Shown piece by piece: positions 11,345 to 22,099 of a stretch of DNA of 33,343 nt. The position numbers and the translations under genes are program-made. The stretch spans positions 9,144-42,486 of the forward strand of contig NMRA01001181.1 in assembly GCA_002633005.1 (NCBI GenBank), in the 5' to 3' direction. The notes beneath the pieces are model-generated. The model saw nothing but the letters and a program-made list of their open reading frames with translations. It had not been told where the DNA came from and did not search any database. Position 1 is the first letter of the stretch, and each line of letters begins with the position of its first letter. This DNA is from Phoronis australis (lineage: Eukaryota; Animalia; Phoronida).

Positions 11345-11635
11345 TCCTGTCTTATAGCCCATATAGTACTATACAGTGTACCATCACTTACCTGAAGAAG
11401 ACTGTGTTATAGCCCATATAGTACTATACAGTGTACCATCACTTACCTGAAGAAGACTCTGTTATAGCCCACATAGTACTATACAGTGTACCATCACTTA
11501 CCTGAAGAAGACTCTGTTATAGCCCATATAGTACTATACAGTGTACCATCACTTACCTGAAGAAGACTGTGTTATAGCCCATATGGTACTATACAGTGTA
11601 CCATCACTTACCTGAAGAAGCCTGTTTTATAGCCC
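11345..11635. repeat. 55-bp minisatellite x5 spanning the FPGS exon 3 donor
   Basis: cacttacctgaagaag recurs with cctg at 11391, 11446, 11501, 11556, 11611. Confidence 0.97.
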
Positions 11636-11730
11636 TGAGCATGCAGTATACTATCACAGTAGGCACATGTTGACCCCTTTCCTTTGGTTCCTGTCACATG
11701 AATGATTGACAGCTTATCAATGTCGTCCAT
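11612..11730 (-). CDS. FPGS: FPGS coding exon 3 ([40 protein letters not shown]), P-loop
   Basis: tttcag| acceptor and AG|gtaagt donor; 119 bp, phase 0/2. Contains the [12 protein letters not shown] ATP-binding signature of the FPGS/FolC family. Confidence 0.97.
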
Positions 11731-11819
11731 CTGAAACGATCCTAATATTATGTAATGACTGCAAAGTGCACTTTTCACACTTCAACAGAGAAGATATAAC
11801 CCCCCAACAGATGTGTGAA

Positions 11820-12830
11820 AATCAAGAATGGACAAAATCCTGCAAACGGTTTGGGAGATACAGCCATGGGCGCAAAAAAAAAACTGCCACTAGGAGGCGC
11901 CACAGTAATCAAAGTCATGGGAAATTCAGCGTCAACCATCCTCTTCATAGTAAGAACATACATGACAGTTTTCACAATCATACTTAGAGCGGTTTGGTTG
12001 ATAGAGGGGTGGACGCCAAAAAACTCGAAAACAGTAAAAATGGCCACAGGGTGTCGCAAACTAGGTCGTATCCATCCGAAAACGAGAGGATAGCGTCATT
12101 GCACTCATAGGTGCCTACATACCAAAGTTCATGAAAATCCATTAAGGACTTGTGAAGGTACAGAGGTAAACGTAAAAAAATAAAATTGCCACTAGGGGGC
12201 ACACTGGTAGGCGGATCTGTCCACAAGTCGTCATCGTCTGTTGTTAACATCATACTTATTAAATTTCGTAAAGATCCTGCGAACGGTTTAGGAGATACAG
12301 CCATAGGCGCAAAAAAAAAACTGCCACTAAGAGGCGCCACAGTAGTCCAAATCGTCTGAAAATCATTGTCAGCTGTCCTCTTTATAGTAAGCACATACAT
12401 GCCAATTTTCACAATCATTCTTTGAGCGGTTTGGTTGATAGAGGGGTGGACGCAAAAATACAGACTCGAAAACAGTAAAAATGGCCACTAGGTGGCGCAA
12501 ACTATGTCGATTTCATCTAAAAACGGGAGGATAGCGTCACCTCACTAATAGGTGCCTACATACCAAATTTCATGAAAATCCGTTCAGGACTTTTGAAGAT
12601 ACAAAGGTAAGCGTAAAAAACCAAAATTGCCACTAGGGAGGCACACCGGCAGTCAGATCCGTCCGAAAGTTCGCACATGCCGTCCCATTCATGAATGGAA
12701 CATATGTGCCAAATTTCATGAACGTATATCAAAGGGTTTTGGAGATAAAGCAGCGGACGCCGGACGGACGCCGCCCGGACGGAGATGACGGCATAATGCG
12801 TCCACATATAAATATGTGGGCGCATAAAAA
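11820..12830 (+). mobile_element. Helentron/HINE(DINE-1)-like non-autonomous repeat with internal ~440-bp tandem units
   Basis: Internal period of 437-441 bp, (CGGA)n-like microsatellite at about 12754-12784, terminal hairpin atgcgtccacatat-aa-atatgtgggcgcat followed by an A-run. The 5' boundary is uncertain. Confidence 0.6.
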
Positions 12831-13339
12831 GTATTAGTAACAGGACTTCAGTTTCTTCTTAAAGCAAAGTGTGAAGCATGGTTTAGTAGACAACATCAAC
12901 TTTTGGCATTCATATTTTGATTCAAATCACCTATGCTGTCTGTGAAAAGAAGACATTTTTAATTGCATTTAGGATTATGAATTAGGAATATGTTAACTTA
13001 ACAGATGTTGGTTTCTATTTAGTGATTAGCATTAGGTTTTCATCCAGCTCTTTAACTCATGCCTTCCTTTCAAATTAAAGGAGGGGCTGCTATAAGTAAT
13101 GTCACATCACAGTACGCACAAGTGCAATTATGAATTTCTTGATCCACGATGGCATTTTTTCGAGTTTCAAAGAATATTCGGGCAGGTATTTATTCTTCTC
13201 CCAGATGCATCTGTTCTTTTGGTGGTCTCCCACAATTTCCTCTATCATTTCTTACCACCAATTTAACATCCTGGAAGCTCAGCAGAAAAAAATTAGCAGT
13301 CTAATTCTTAACAAGATTGAGGGATCACAAATATGTAAG

Positions 13340-15090
13340 GTGAAAGCACTCGGAGGAGCGATACTTGGCGAAATTAACAGAAAAGATGATGATAAAGATG
13401 ACGATAAAGATGAAGATGATGAATATGATGATGATGAACAATACAAGTAATAACATTCACATGACTAACATAGGGGCCACAAATCAGTAAGAAAAAGGCT
13501 AGTCTGAAGCGACACTTGGCAAAATTAACTGAAAAGACGACGACGGAGACGATGACAAAGATAACGAATATGATGAAGGTGGTAGCGATGACGAACAAAT
13601 ATCATAAGATTCATATGACGAACTTAGATGTCATAAATCAGTAAGAAATAGGCTGCAGTCTTGTTCAATAGAAGCTAAACCAACATCAAAGCAGTAAGAG
13701 CGTTCAACAAACTTAAGGAACAGCGCTATCAGAAAATGTCGAATAATTCACAAAGTTGACGTCCTAGCAAAAAATGGAAAACATCATCTGAAAGCCGTAC
13801 AAAACTCTATCGAAATTGTTAGTATCGCGAAATTCCGTAAATTTTTTTAAAAAAATTAAAATTTTGCCTTTATCTGAAATTCAAAATCAGATAACTCGAA
13901 AATGGTAATTCTGAGAAAAAAATTGTTAGAGGCCATTTGAAAGGGTATACCTCAGAGAATCTACATGCAAAAAATCATTTTCTCTTCCCGTTTAAAATGG
14001 CACTCCAGCACGACTGAAAATGAGTCAACATGCGCCAGATCCGGGATTTTGAATGCAACTTCTAGTTTTTTAGTTTTGATTAATAGCATGTAACAAGAAA
14101 CTACTACCTGAAAAATGTCAAAGGAATTGGTGGTAAAATGAGCCGTCTACAGGATAAAATGTTTTTAGGCCAAAATCAAGGTGCGCATGCGCCACTTCCC
14201 ATATTTCCGCCACTTTTAAACAGAAGTGAACAATTTCCAGTAAATATGTAGCGCACATCCGGTCCAATAATACTGCTAAATTTTCAGTCCTGTACATACA
14301 AAATTGTAGCCTCCATACGCAATTGAATCTTAAAATGAAAACAAAATGGCTGCCACATCCGCCACCTTGGACCCGATTATGACATAAAACTATAGGCTTC
14401 CAGTACTTCCGAAAGTACGTGTTTTGTGTAAATTTGGTGATGATCGGACAAAAATTGCGATCTGTGTCGTGCAAACAAACAAAATGAAAGCGCTCCGAGG
14501 AGTGACACTTGGCGAAATTAAAAGAAAAGACGATGATAGAGATAATGACGAAGATGATGAATATGACCACGATGGTGGCGATGATGAACAATACAAGTAA
14601 TGATAACATTCACAAGACGAACGTAGAGGCCAGAAATCAGTAAGTATAGGCTATAGTCTTGAGTGACACTGGGCGAAATTAACTAAAAAGACGACGATGG
14701 AGATGATGACAAAGATGACGAATATGAGGACAATAGTGATAATGCTGAAAAACATCACAACATTCATTTGACGCACTTAGATTTCATAAATCAGCAAGAA
14801 ATAGGCTACAGTCTAGTTCAATAGAAGCTAACCCAACATCAATGCAGCCAGAGCGCTCAACAAAGGAAGAGAACTATCAGAAAATCTCAAATAGTTCTAA
14901 AAGTATACGTCCTAATGAAAAATGGAAAACATCTTCTGAAATCCCGTTCAAAACTCTATATAAATTTATAGTATCACAAAAAACCTTAAGTTTTTCGAAA
15001 AAAATGAAATTTTGCGTTATTTTTTGTAGAAATTCTATGTCAAATAACTCGAAAACGGTAAGTCTGAGAAAAAAATTGTTACAGTTCATT
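13340..15090 (+). repeat. Second repeat family: ~1.15-kb-period direct repeat with (GAT/GAC)n low-complexity tracts
   Basis: About 13340-13930 recurs at about 14490-15085; acttggcgaaattaa-like anchors near 13362/14508 and 13514/14668. Confidence 0.7.
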
Positions 15091-15101
15091 ACTAGGCAAA
15101 A

Positions 15102-15962
15102 TAAATTTCGCCAAGTATGTTGCTCTGTCGTCAAGTTTGTTTTTTTTTGTTCGCACTCTATAGGTCGCCATTTTTGTCCGATCCACACGAAATTTACACA
15201 CAACGTGTAGCTGCGGAAGTGCTGGAAGCCTATTGTTTTTAGTTATGATTGGATCCAAGATGGCGGACATGGTGGCCATTTTGTTTCTGATTTCTGATGC
15301 AGTTGCTCATAGACGCCGCAATTTTTAACGTATCGGGCATGAAGTCGGCACCGATATGAAACTGCACAGGTCCTCCGACTATGCTAGAAATCATTTACTT
15401 CCGGTCAAAAATGGCGGAAATATCGCCAATGGCGCATGCGCATCTCAATTTCGGGAAAAAATGTTTTGTCCTGTAGAGGGGCGCTTTAAAGGACCAATTG
15501 CTTTGAAATTTTTCAGGTATTGTTTTCTGCCGTCGGCTATTATGCAATTCTAAACAAAACAGAAGTTGATTCCAACATGGCGGATCTGGCGCACGTTGAC
15601 CCATTTTCAGTCGTGCCAGATGATTGCCATTTTAAATGGGAAGAGAAAATGACATGAATTTTTGAATGTGGATTCTCTGAGTCGGAGCACCTGTATAGTT
15701 TCATATTTGTGCCAATTTTGAGGTAGATACGTCAAAAATTGCGGGTTCTATGAGCAACTGAATCAGAAATCGGAAACAAAATGGCCGCCATGTCCACCAT
15801 CTTGGATCAGATCGTGACTAAAAATAATAGGCCTCCAGCACGTCAGAAGCAACACGTTGTGTGTAAATTTTGTGTGGAAAGGACGGAAATTGCGACCTGT
15901 AGAGTGTGAACAAAAAACAAAAAACAAACTAGACGTCAGAGCAACATACTTGCCAAAATTTA
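15102..15962. repeat. Fold-back structure with ~235-bp inverted arms
   Basis: 15102-15334 is the reverse complement of 15726-15962 (roughly 85% identical by eye). 15103-15681 is also an inverted, more diverged copy of 13951-14520. Confidence 0.8.
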
Positions 15963-16004
15963 TGTCATATTTAATAGAAGTCCCTTAAGGACCTTGAAGT
16001 CCCT

Positions 16005-16355
16005 TGAGGTAAACCTAAAAAACTAAAATTGTGACTAAAGTATACACCGGTAAACCGATCTGTCCGAAAGTCGTCGTCGTCAATTTCATATCAATTACAT
16101 TTGCTAAATTTAATAATAAAGATCCTGTAGAATGTTTAGGAGATACAACCATGGGCGCAAAAACAAATAAAACTGACAATAGGAGGTGCCACAGTAGTCG
16201 AAATCCCCGGAAAATCATCGCCAACTGACTGCATCATAGTACGAACATACATGCCAATTTTCACAATAATCCTTAGAGTGGTTTGGTTGTTAGAAGGGCA
16301 GTTGCCAAAAAACAACTCGAAAATAGTAAAAATGGCCACTAGATGGCACAAAATG
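16005..16355 (+). mobile_element. Fragment of the HINE-like repeat next to the exon 2 donor
   Basis: aaagatcctgtagaatgtttaggagatacaaccatgggcgcaaaa and aaaatggccactagatggcac blocks. Confidence 0.55.
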
Positions 16356-16381
16356 TATAACTACGAATGGCGTGCATATAC

Positions 16382-16537
16382 CTGAAGACCTGATCTCTGT
16401 ATGTACTCTCCAATGTGCTGAAACCTCTGCTGCTTAGCAAGTCTAAACTCTTCACTAGATTTCTGTTGCAATTCCCTGATAGACGTCTGCAGAGTTTTAG
16501 CATTGGACTGCAAACCATTTAATGCCTCAACAGCATT
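16382..16537 (-). CDS. FPGS: FPGS coding exon 2 (NAVEALNGLQSNAKTLQ...EYIQRSGLQ)
   Basis: ttttgttacag| acceptor and CAG|gtatat donor; 156 bp, phase 0/0. Resembles vertebrate DAVRMLNTLQTNA...YLARSGLQ. Confidence 0.92.
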
Positions 16538-17303
16538 CTGTAACAAAAGGCGAATTTCAGTTGATTCCCAGATTCTGCAACCGTTCCCAGCCGGTCGTCA
16601 GCATTAAATATTGATATAGGTTTCACGAGGTGACGAGCTAAGCTACTCAGGTTGAGTGAAATTTCGGTATCAATGAAGCCCAAAACAAGGCAACATAGCT
16701 GTTTGTTGATGATAGTCTTCATATAGCCAGCTGGCTTTCTACCTCAGTATGTACATTTATGATGTGAGTTTTGTAAATACATTACATAACTTGTATACAA
16801 TACAGTATTTTTAAATGAATTCTTAGTTTTCACTTTTAAAAAGAACAGCTGATTACCATACTTTGTTAGGACAGAGTCGAATATTCTGGAAAGAAATCTG
16901 TAATGTGGAAAGAATCCCGCCGCTGCACACACTGCCTACGAAAATCAGACAGTGACATAAATTCTGATTGAAGCTTTCAAATAACACGGTCTCTTCGTGA
17001 ACTATTCATGTCTTTTGCCATCAGCACTAATGCTCACTTGCAATGACAATGATAATGTACAACATCAACAGACATCAACAAAGTTTGCTAACAAATCTGA
17101 ACTTGTTTGAAATTTAGGGCTGACCTCCGTGGGTGACGTAGTCATATAAAGAATCTTTTGGCCCAACCATTTGCACACTCGACTTTGACATGGCAACCCC
17201 CAAATCTGTGTGCCAACAGATTTTTCAACAGCTCTATTTTTTGAGCCAGTGACATGGGAAAGAGCTGTCACGGAGCAACTAACACGGAATAGCTGATTGG
17301 GCA

Positions 17304-17430
17304 CAAGTGTGTGTTTGTTTCAAGTGTGTGTGTGTTTCAAGTGTGTGTGTTTCAAGTGTGTGTGTGTTTCAAGTGTGTGTGTGTTTCGTGTGTGTGTGTG
17401 TGTGTGTTTCAAGTGTGTGTGTGTTTCAAG
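17304..17430. repeat. Compound (caagtgtgtgtgtgttt)n repeat at the LTR/flank junction
   Basis: About 7 units of variable (GT)n length, merging into the LTR terminus tgtttcaag. Confidence 0.92.
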
Positions 17431-17566
17431 ACTTACTGTAATTAGAACGAGTAAAACATAAACGTGTTCACGGACATGACACTTATAATACGGAACCGGA
17501 AACAGCTAATTACATACTAGCAACACCATCTATTGAGTAGCGATAAAACAAAGCAATATTGAAACA
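17422..17566 (-). repeat. 3' LTR of Gypsy element
   Basis: Direct repeat of 21558-21702; preceded on the minus strand by a short purine run (AGAGGA). Confidence 0.95.
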
Positions 17567-17699
17567 TCCTCTGGAAAAATAAAAAAGTAATCTAAAGTAA
17601 TAAAACAAAACTTAAATTAGATATACAAAGTCTATAGTTAAGAATGAATAGATCACAAATGAGGTACACTAAACCGCGACATAGTCCTTTAAGCAGGAC

Positions 17700-20600
17700 A
17701 GTGGTCGTCGATCATGAACTGGTCTGTTGGGAACATGTGTTGTTGAATCGCTAGATAATACATCAGCGCGGGTTGGTGTCGCAGACAGAGGCTCGCCCGA
17801 TACAGTGGAGGAGGCTCATAGGACTTGCGGAGGTGCACCCTATTGCGTGTGTAACATCCGTTAGGGATTTGCACTTCATAAAATCTGTCACCAAGTCGCT
17901 TTGTCACAAATCCTTTCTCTCACTCTTTGATGCCAAGTTGACTTGGTTGAATCCGCACGGATCACCTTCCAGAAGGTAAGGTAAGTCCTTGGCATGTTCA
18001 TTGTAACGTTGAGCTTGTAAATGGGCCATTTCCTCCATTTTGTAACTGTCGCTGTAACACGAGTGTGAGGTCTCGCCACGTGGAGCCAACAATCTTGCTG
18101 TGATAGGCACCAGAGATCGTGTGCGGCGACCGAGTAATCGTGGAGCTGGGCTACTACCCACACCTTGATGGGGGTTATTACGTGACTCCGGATTTGCCAA
18201 ATAGGGATCCGTCTGAGATCTCTTACACATGCGAAGTAAAGTCTTGGCTGCTTTGACCGCTGACTTGATCTGTCCATTTGACTGGGAGTGTTTCGGCGAA
18301 CTCATGTGATGGGTACAATCCCACTTGAGTAAGAAGGATCGGAATTCCATGCTGGTGTACTGACTTCCTGGACCTGACATGATCATGGAAAGAATCCCAT
18401 AACGCGCAAAATGTGGTTTTATCTTTTTAATGATAGCAGACACAGACAATGAAGGAAGACGATCCACTTCCCAGAAGTAGTAATCGACAATATGATAGTC
18501 CTCACCATCAATGGAAAATATATCCATGCCCACCTTCTCCCAGGGGCTAGAAGGGGTATCGTGTGAGCGCAGGGATTCCTTTGACTGTGCCCTGTAGTAA
18601 GTTCTGCAGGCATCATACTGTTGAATGAGCTGTTTTATTTCATCAGTCATCCCAGGCCAGTATAAGCATTCTTGTGCTCTACGTAGAGTACTTTCCACAC
18701 CAAGGTGTGACTCATGAAGGAGATTCTTCATTAGAGCCCGCATGCAAGAAGGGACAACAACTCTCTTGCCTCGGAAAATCAGTTCGTCACTAAGGGAGTA
18801 CTCATCACGAGTGGAGAAGAAAGGTCGAAGCGACAGTGGAAGATCGTCATTGTTCTGAGGCCATCCATTACTGATGACAATGGCAAGTTGCTGAAGAGTT
18901 GAATCTGACTTAGTACTTTTTTGCAGTTCAGTAAGTCGATTGTGAGACACTGGAAGGCACGGCAAAGAACTAACATGTGACAATGCTTCCTTCGTAGTGG
19001 GTTTTTGAGTGGTCGCTCTTGACAGCATATCTAATATGAACATGTGTTTACCAGGCTGCCACTGAATGTCAGCATCATAATTATGAATTTGCATGAACAT
19101 TCCTTGCAATCGCCTAGGGGAATTGCGTATGGGGCTTCAGCGCTAATGCATGTAATGGCTTGTGATCAGAGATCACTGTGACTCTTCTGGCGAAAGTAAA
19201 CTGCTGAAATCTTTTGAGCGCATACACAATGGCAAGACATTCACGTTCTATAGATGCATACCTAGCCTCCGTAGGAGTCAGAGCTCTCGATGCATAAGCG
19301 ATAGGCTTGCCATCCTGCAGCAACGCAGCACCGAGGCCTCTCTCAGAGGAATCACACTCCACCACGAGCTCTTTGGTAGGGTCATAATACGACAGTACAG
19401 GTGCAGAGGACACCAAAAACTTGATCACGGTGAAAGCTTGTTCGCATTCATCAGTCCACTCCCAGACTGCCTCTGGATGAGATAATTGATGTATAGGACC
19501 CAGTACAGTGGATAAAAGAGGTAGGAACTTAGCCAGATACCCTACTGTACCCTGAAGACACTGGCCACTTTGCTGGTCAAGTGGTCTAGCCATGAGCATG
19601 ATCGCTTCTACTTTACGGGGGTCAGGATTTAGACCATTAGCTGTGACCAGATGGCCCATAAATGTGAGTTCCGGTACACGGAATTCACACTTGGGAAGGT
19701 AAATGAGAGACTGCACTCAGTTGAACGACGAAGCAGGTTTTTGAGGTTGGTGTCATGGTCTAAGTGGTCGCGCCATATCAACAAAACATCTGCAACACAA
19801 AAAAACTCTAGCAAGACCTTCTAAAGCTTCCAAAAGTCTTTTCTGAAAGATTTCACTGGATACAACCAACCCAAAAGGCAGATGTGTCCATCGAAAACGA
19901 CCCCACGGAATAACAAAGGTCGTGAGCTTGCTTGACACATCGTCTAGTTTGCAATACCAGTAGCTGGACGTAAGATCCAAACTGGACAGCACTGTAGCTT
20001 GCGTGAGTTCGGGAAGAATGTCGTCCATTGTTGGAAGCTGAAACGTTTCACGCTGTAGAGCCTTGTTGAGCAGTCGAGGGTCCAGGTAAATACATAAAGA
20101 ACCATCGCGCTTTGTTTGGACAGACATTTGGCTGCACCATTCAGTGGGTTCATGTATGGATGCAAGAATACCAAGGCCGACCAAGCGATCAAGTTCAGAT
20201 TTGACCTTGGGTTTTAGGGCAATAGGAATACGCCTTGGGGGACATTCTACAGGTTTTACAGTCTGATCAGTAGTGAGATGCACTGGGTCTTGAAATGTAC
20301 TGAGTTGCCCATCAAAAACATGAGAGAACTGATCGATAATTGACTTAGCCGCACAGTCAGAGACAGCGGCAAAAGAGTGTATTGTGCAAGCAGGTTCAAA
20401 ATTCTGATAGTTGACGGTCACTAGTCTCATTTGTTCCGCAGAGGAGCGACTGAGTAATGGGGTAAAATCATCACTCACGGCATGAAACAGAAGATCATAC
20501 TCAGCCATTGTCTTGGGATTGTTGACAGCCAGGCGCACAGTCCCTGCCACAGGGGTGGTCTGTTTGTTTCACATTTGGAGTTTAGTGGTCGAGGGTTGCA

Positions 20601-20720
20601 GGGTGAGTCCCTCAACATACCTATGCGGTAAACAATTGACAGTTGCACCGGGATCGACTTGAAAAGTGATAGGGGTCCCATTAAGTAACATGTTTGCATA
20701 AATCAGGCCTTTGTAAGAGC
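17700..20720 (-). pseudogene. pol: pol (protease, RT, RNase H, integrase) with several frameshifts and mutated catalytic residues
   Basis: PR FQVDPGATVN (DTG to DPG). RT LDPRLLNKAL, LPFGL, VADVLLI (DD lost). RH ECDSSERGLGA, ERECLA, SDHKPL. IN HESHLG, YWPGM, GMDIF, SGPGSQY, SNGQIKSAV (second D and E lost). Confidence 0.93.
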
Positions 20721-20819
20721 CGTCATTGATGGCAGTGACAGCACGAGTCTCAAGTTCGGAGTGTACTATACAATACAAACTAATCATCAGGGTGTTCAGT
20801 GACAACATGAACAGACTTT

Positions 20820-21558
20820 TGGGAAGTTTTTGCAACAAACTGCAAAGTGGTTAGGCTTATGACACGGCGGACAAATCTTGCCCCAAGCTGGACAGACTTC
20901 TTTCTTACGTATGTGGTTACCGTCACAGAACAGACAATGGATCGTGCGCTGACGGCGGCTTCTTGGATTCAATGTCACTTTATTCACTGGGTTCGAGTCC
21001 GGTCCAAGGTGGTCAATGCAACGTAGGTGGAGTGCAGTATCTTCAGCAGCACGACATAGGTCCATGGCCATGTTTAAAGTGAGATAACTGCTTGCGGACA
21101 TGAACATCCCCGATACCAATCACAATGCGGTCACGTAGTAAATCTTTACGCAGACAGTCACAAAAGTCACAGGTTTTGCTAAGGTCCTTAAGCGCCTTGA
21201 AAAACACATCAAAGGACTCCCCTTCAGACTGTGTCCGGGAATTGAACAGATGACGTTGGTATGTTATGTTTACGTTGCCAACAATGTGGTGTTCGAATTT
21301 AGTCAACAGTGTCTCAAGGTCTGCGTTGTCTTCACCAGCAGCAAAATCCAACAAATTATACAGTCTCACCCCAATGGGGCCAGTAGTGTTTAGAAAAACA
21401 GCCTTCTGAAATTGTCTATCTTTACAGGACAGGTCAGTAATAATGCAGTAATTCTCAAACATTTGGCGAAAGACTTTCCACCCAGTAATTGGGTCTGAGT
21501 CAAGAGATACCTGCGGAGGGGGGGACGGAAAGTTACTACATCCCACCGGTGCCGCCAT
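20820..21558 (-). pseudogene. gag: gag (frameshifted) with tandem CCHC-type knuckles
   Basis: ORF 21043..21558 (WKVFRQMFENY, LRDRIVIGI) and ORF 20796..21119 (CLFCDGNH...CPAWGKICPPCHKPNHFAVCC) lie in different frames. Confidence 0.85.
21540..21557 (-). promoter_or_regulatory. Primer-binding site, tRNA-Leu-like
   Basis: TGGCGGCACCGGTGGGAT abuts the 5' LTR. It differs at 2 positions from TGGTGGCAGCGGTGGGAT, the complement of the metazoan tRNA-Leu(AAG/UAG) 3' end as I recall it. Confidence 0.7.
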
Positions 21559-21702
21559 GTTTCAAGACTTACTGTAGATAGTGCCAGTAAAACATAAACG
21601 TGTTCGCCGACATGACACTTATATTGTGGAACCGGAAACAGCTAATTAGATACTAGCAACGCCATCTATTGAGTAGAGATAAAACAAAGCAATATTGAAA
21701 CA
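21558..21702 (-). repeat. 5' LTR of Gypsy element
   Basis: Direct repeat of 17422-17566; 13 mismatches in 145 bp by manual alignment. Confidence 0.95.
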
Positions 21703-22099
21703 GTGTGTAAACATGACTGACACGATGACAAGCGTTTTTTACAAATTGGCTCGAGAGATAAAGCTATACCTTCCAGGTGTGACGGACAGTCAGATAAAGC
21801 ATCTCTACGTTGCTTGCATGGTGCCACTGAAGTTTTTTCACCAGTGTCAACTACGTCTCTAAACACTGCACGGAAAGGGAGGTCATTATATTTCTACGCA
21901 CTTGCACAATCGCGCATACAGGTGACCATGATCCACTAGCATTTCTCACCGTTTGGACATCTTTATGTGAGTATGGACAGAAAGTCTTTGATTTTGTATG
22001 AATGAGTCATGATGAATGAGAGTTCAGTGGAGCAAGTCACGCCGAGACAACAGGTTTCTGTGTAAGAACAGCTTTAGATGTGGCGGGAAACATTAACAC

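Larger units (their letters stand above)
17422..21702 (-). mobile_element. Full-length, decayed Ty3/Gypsy LTR retrotransposon (Mag-clade-like) in FPGS intron 1
   Basis: Two 145-bp LTRs with TGTTTCAA...TTGAAACA ends, 5-bp TSD gtgtg (17417-17421 and 21703-21707), tRNA-Leu-like PBS, and domain order gag-PR-RT-RH-IN. Confidence 0.95.

Noticed and set aside
11706-12825. Overlapping ORFs in the HINE-like repeat
   Set aside because: No recognisable domain, and the frames are broken in sister copies.
13130-14609. Acidic or hydrophobic ORFs (13130..13450, 13374..13598, 14118..14609)
   Set aside because: They arise from (GAT/GAC)n tracts of a repeat family, and the frames are not preserved between the duplicate copies.
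16744-16932. Alternative candidate for FPGS exon 1 (ends KCTY then TGA-G|gtag)
   Set aside because: An in-frame TGA precedes the GT; the exon at 23743-23826 fits phase and motif much better.
17904-21558. Active or domesticated retrotransposon protein
   Set aside because: Multiple frameshifts and loss of the PR, RT and IN catalytic motifs; the LTRs have diverged by about 9%.
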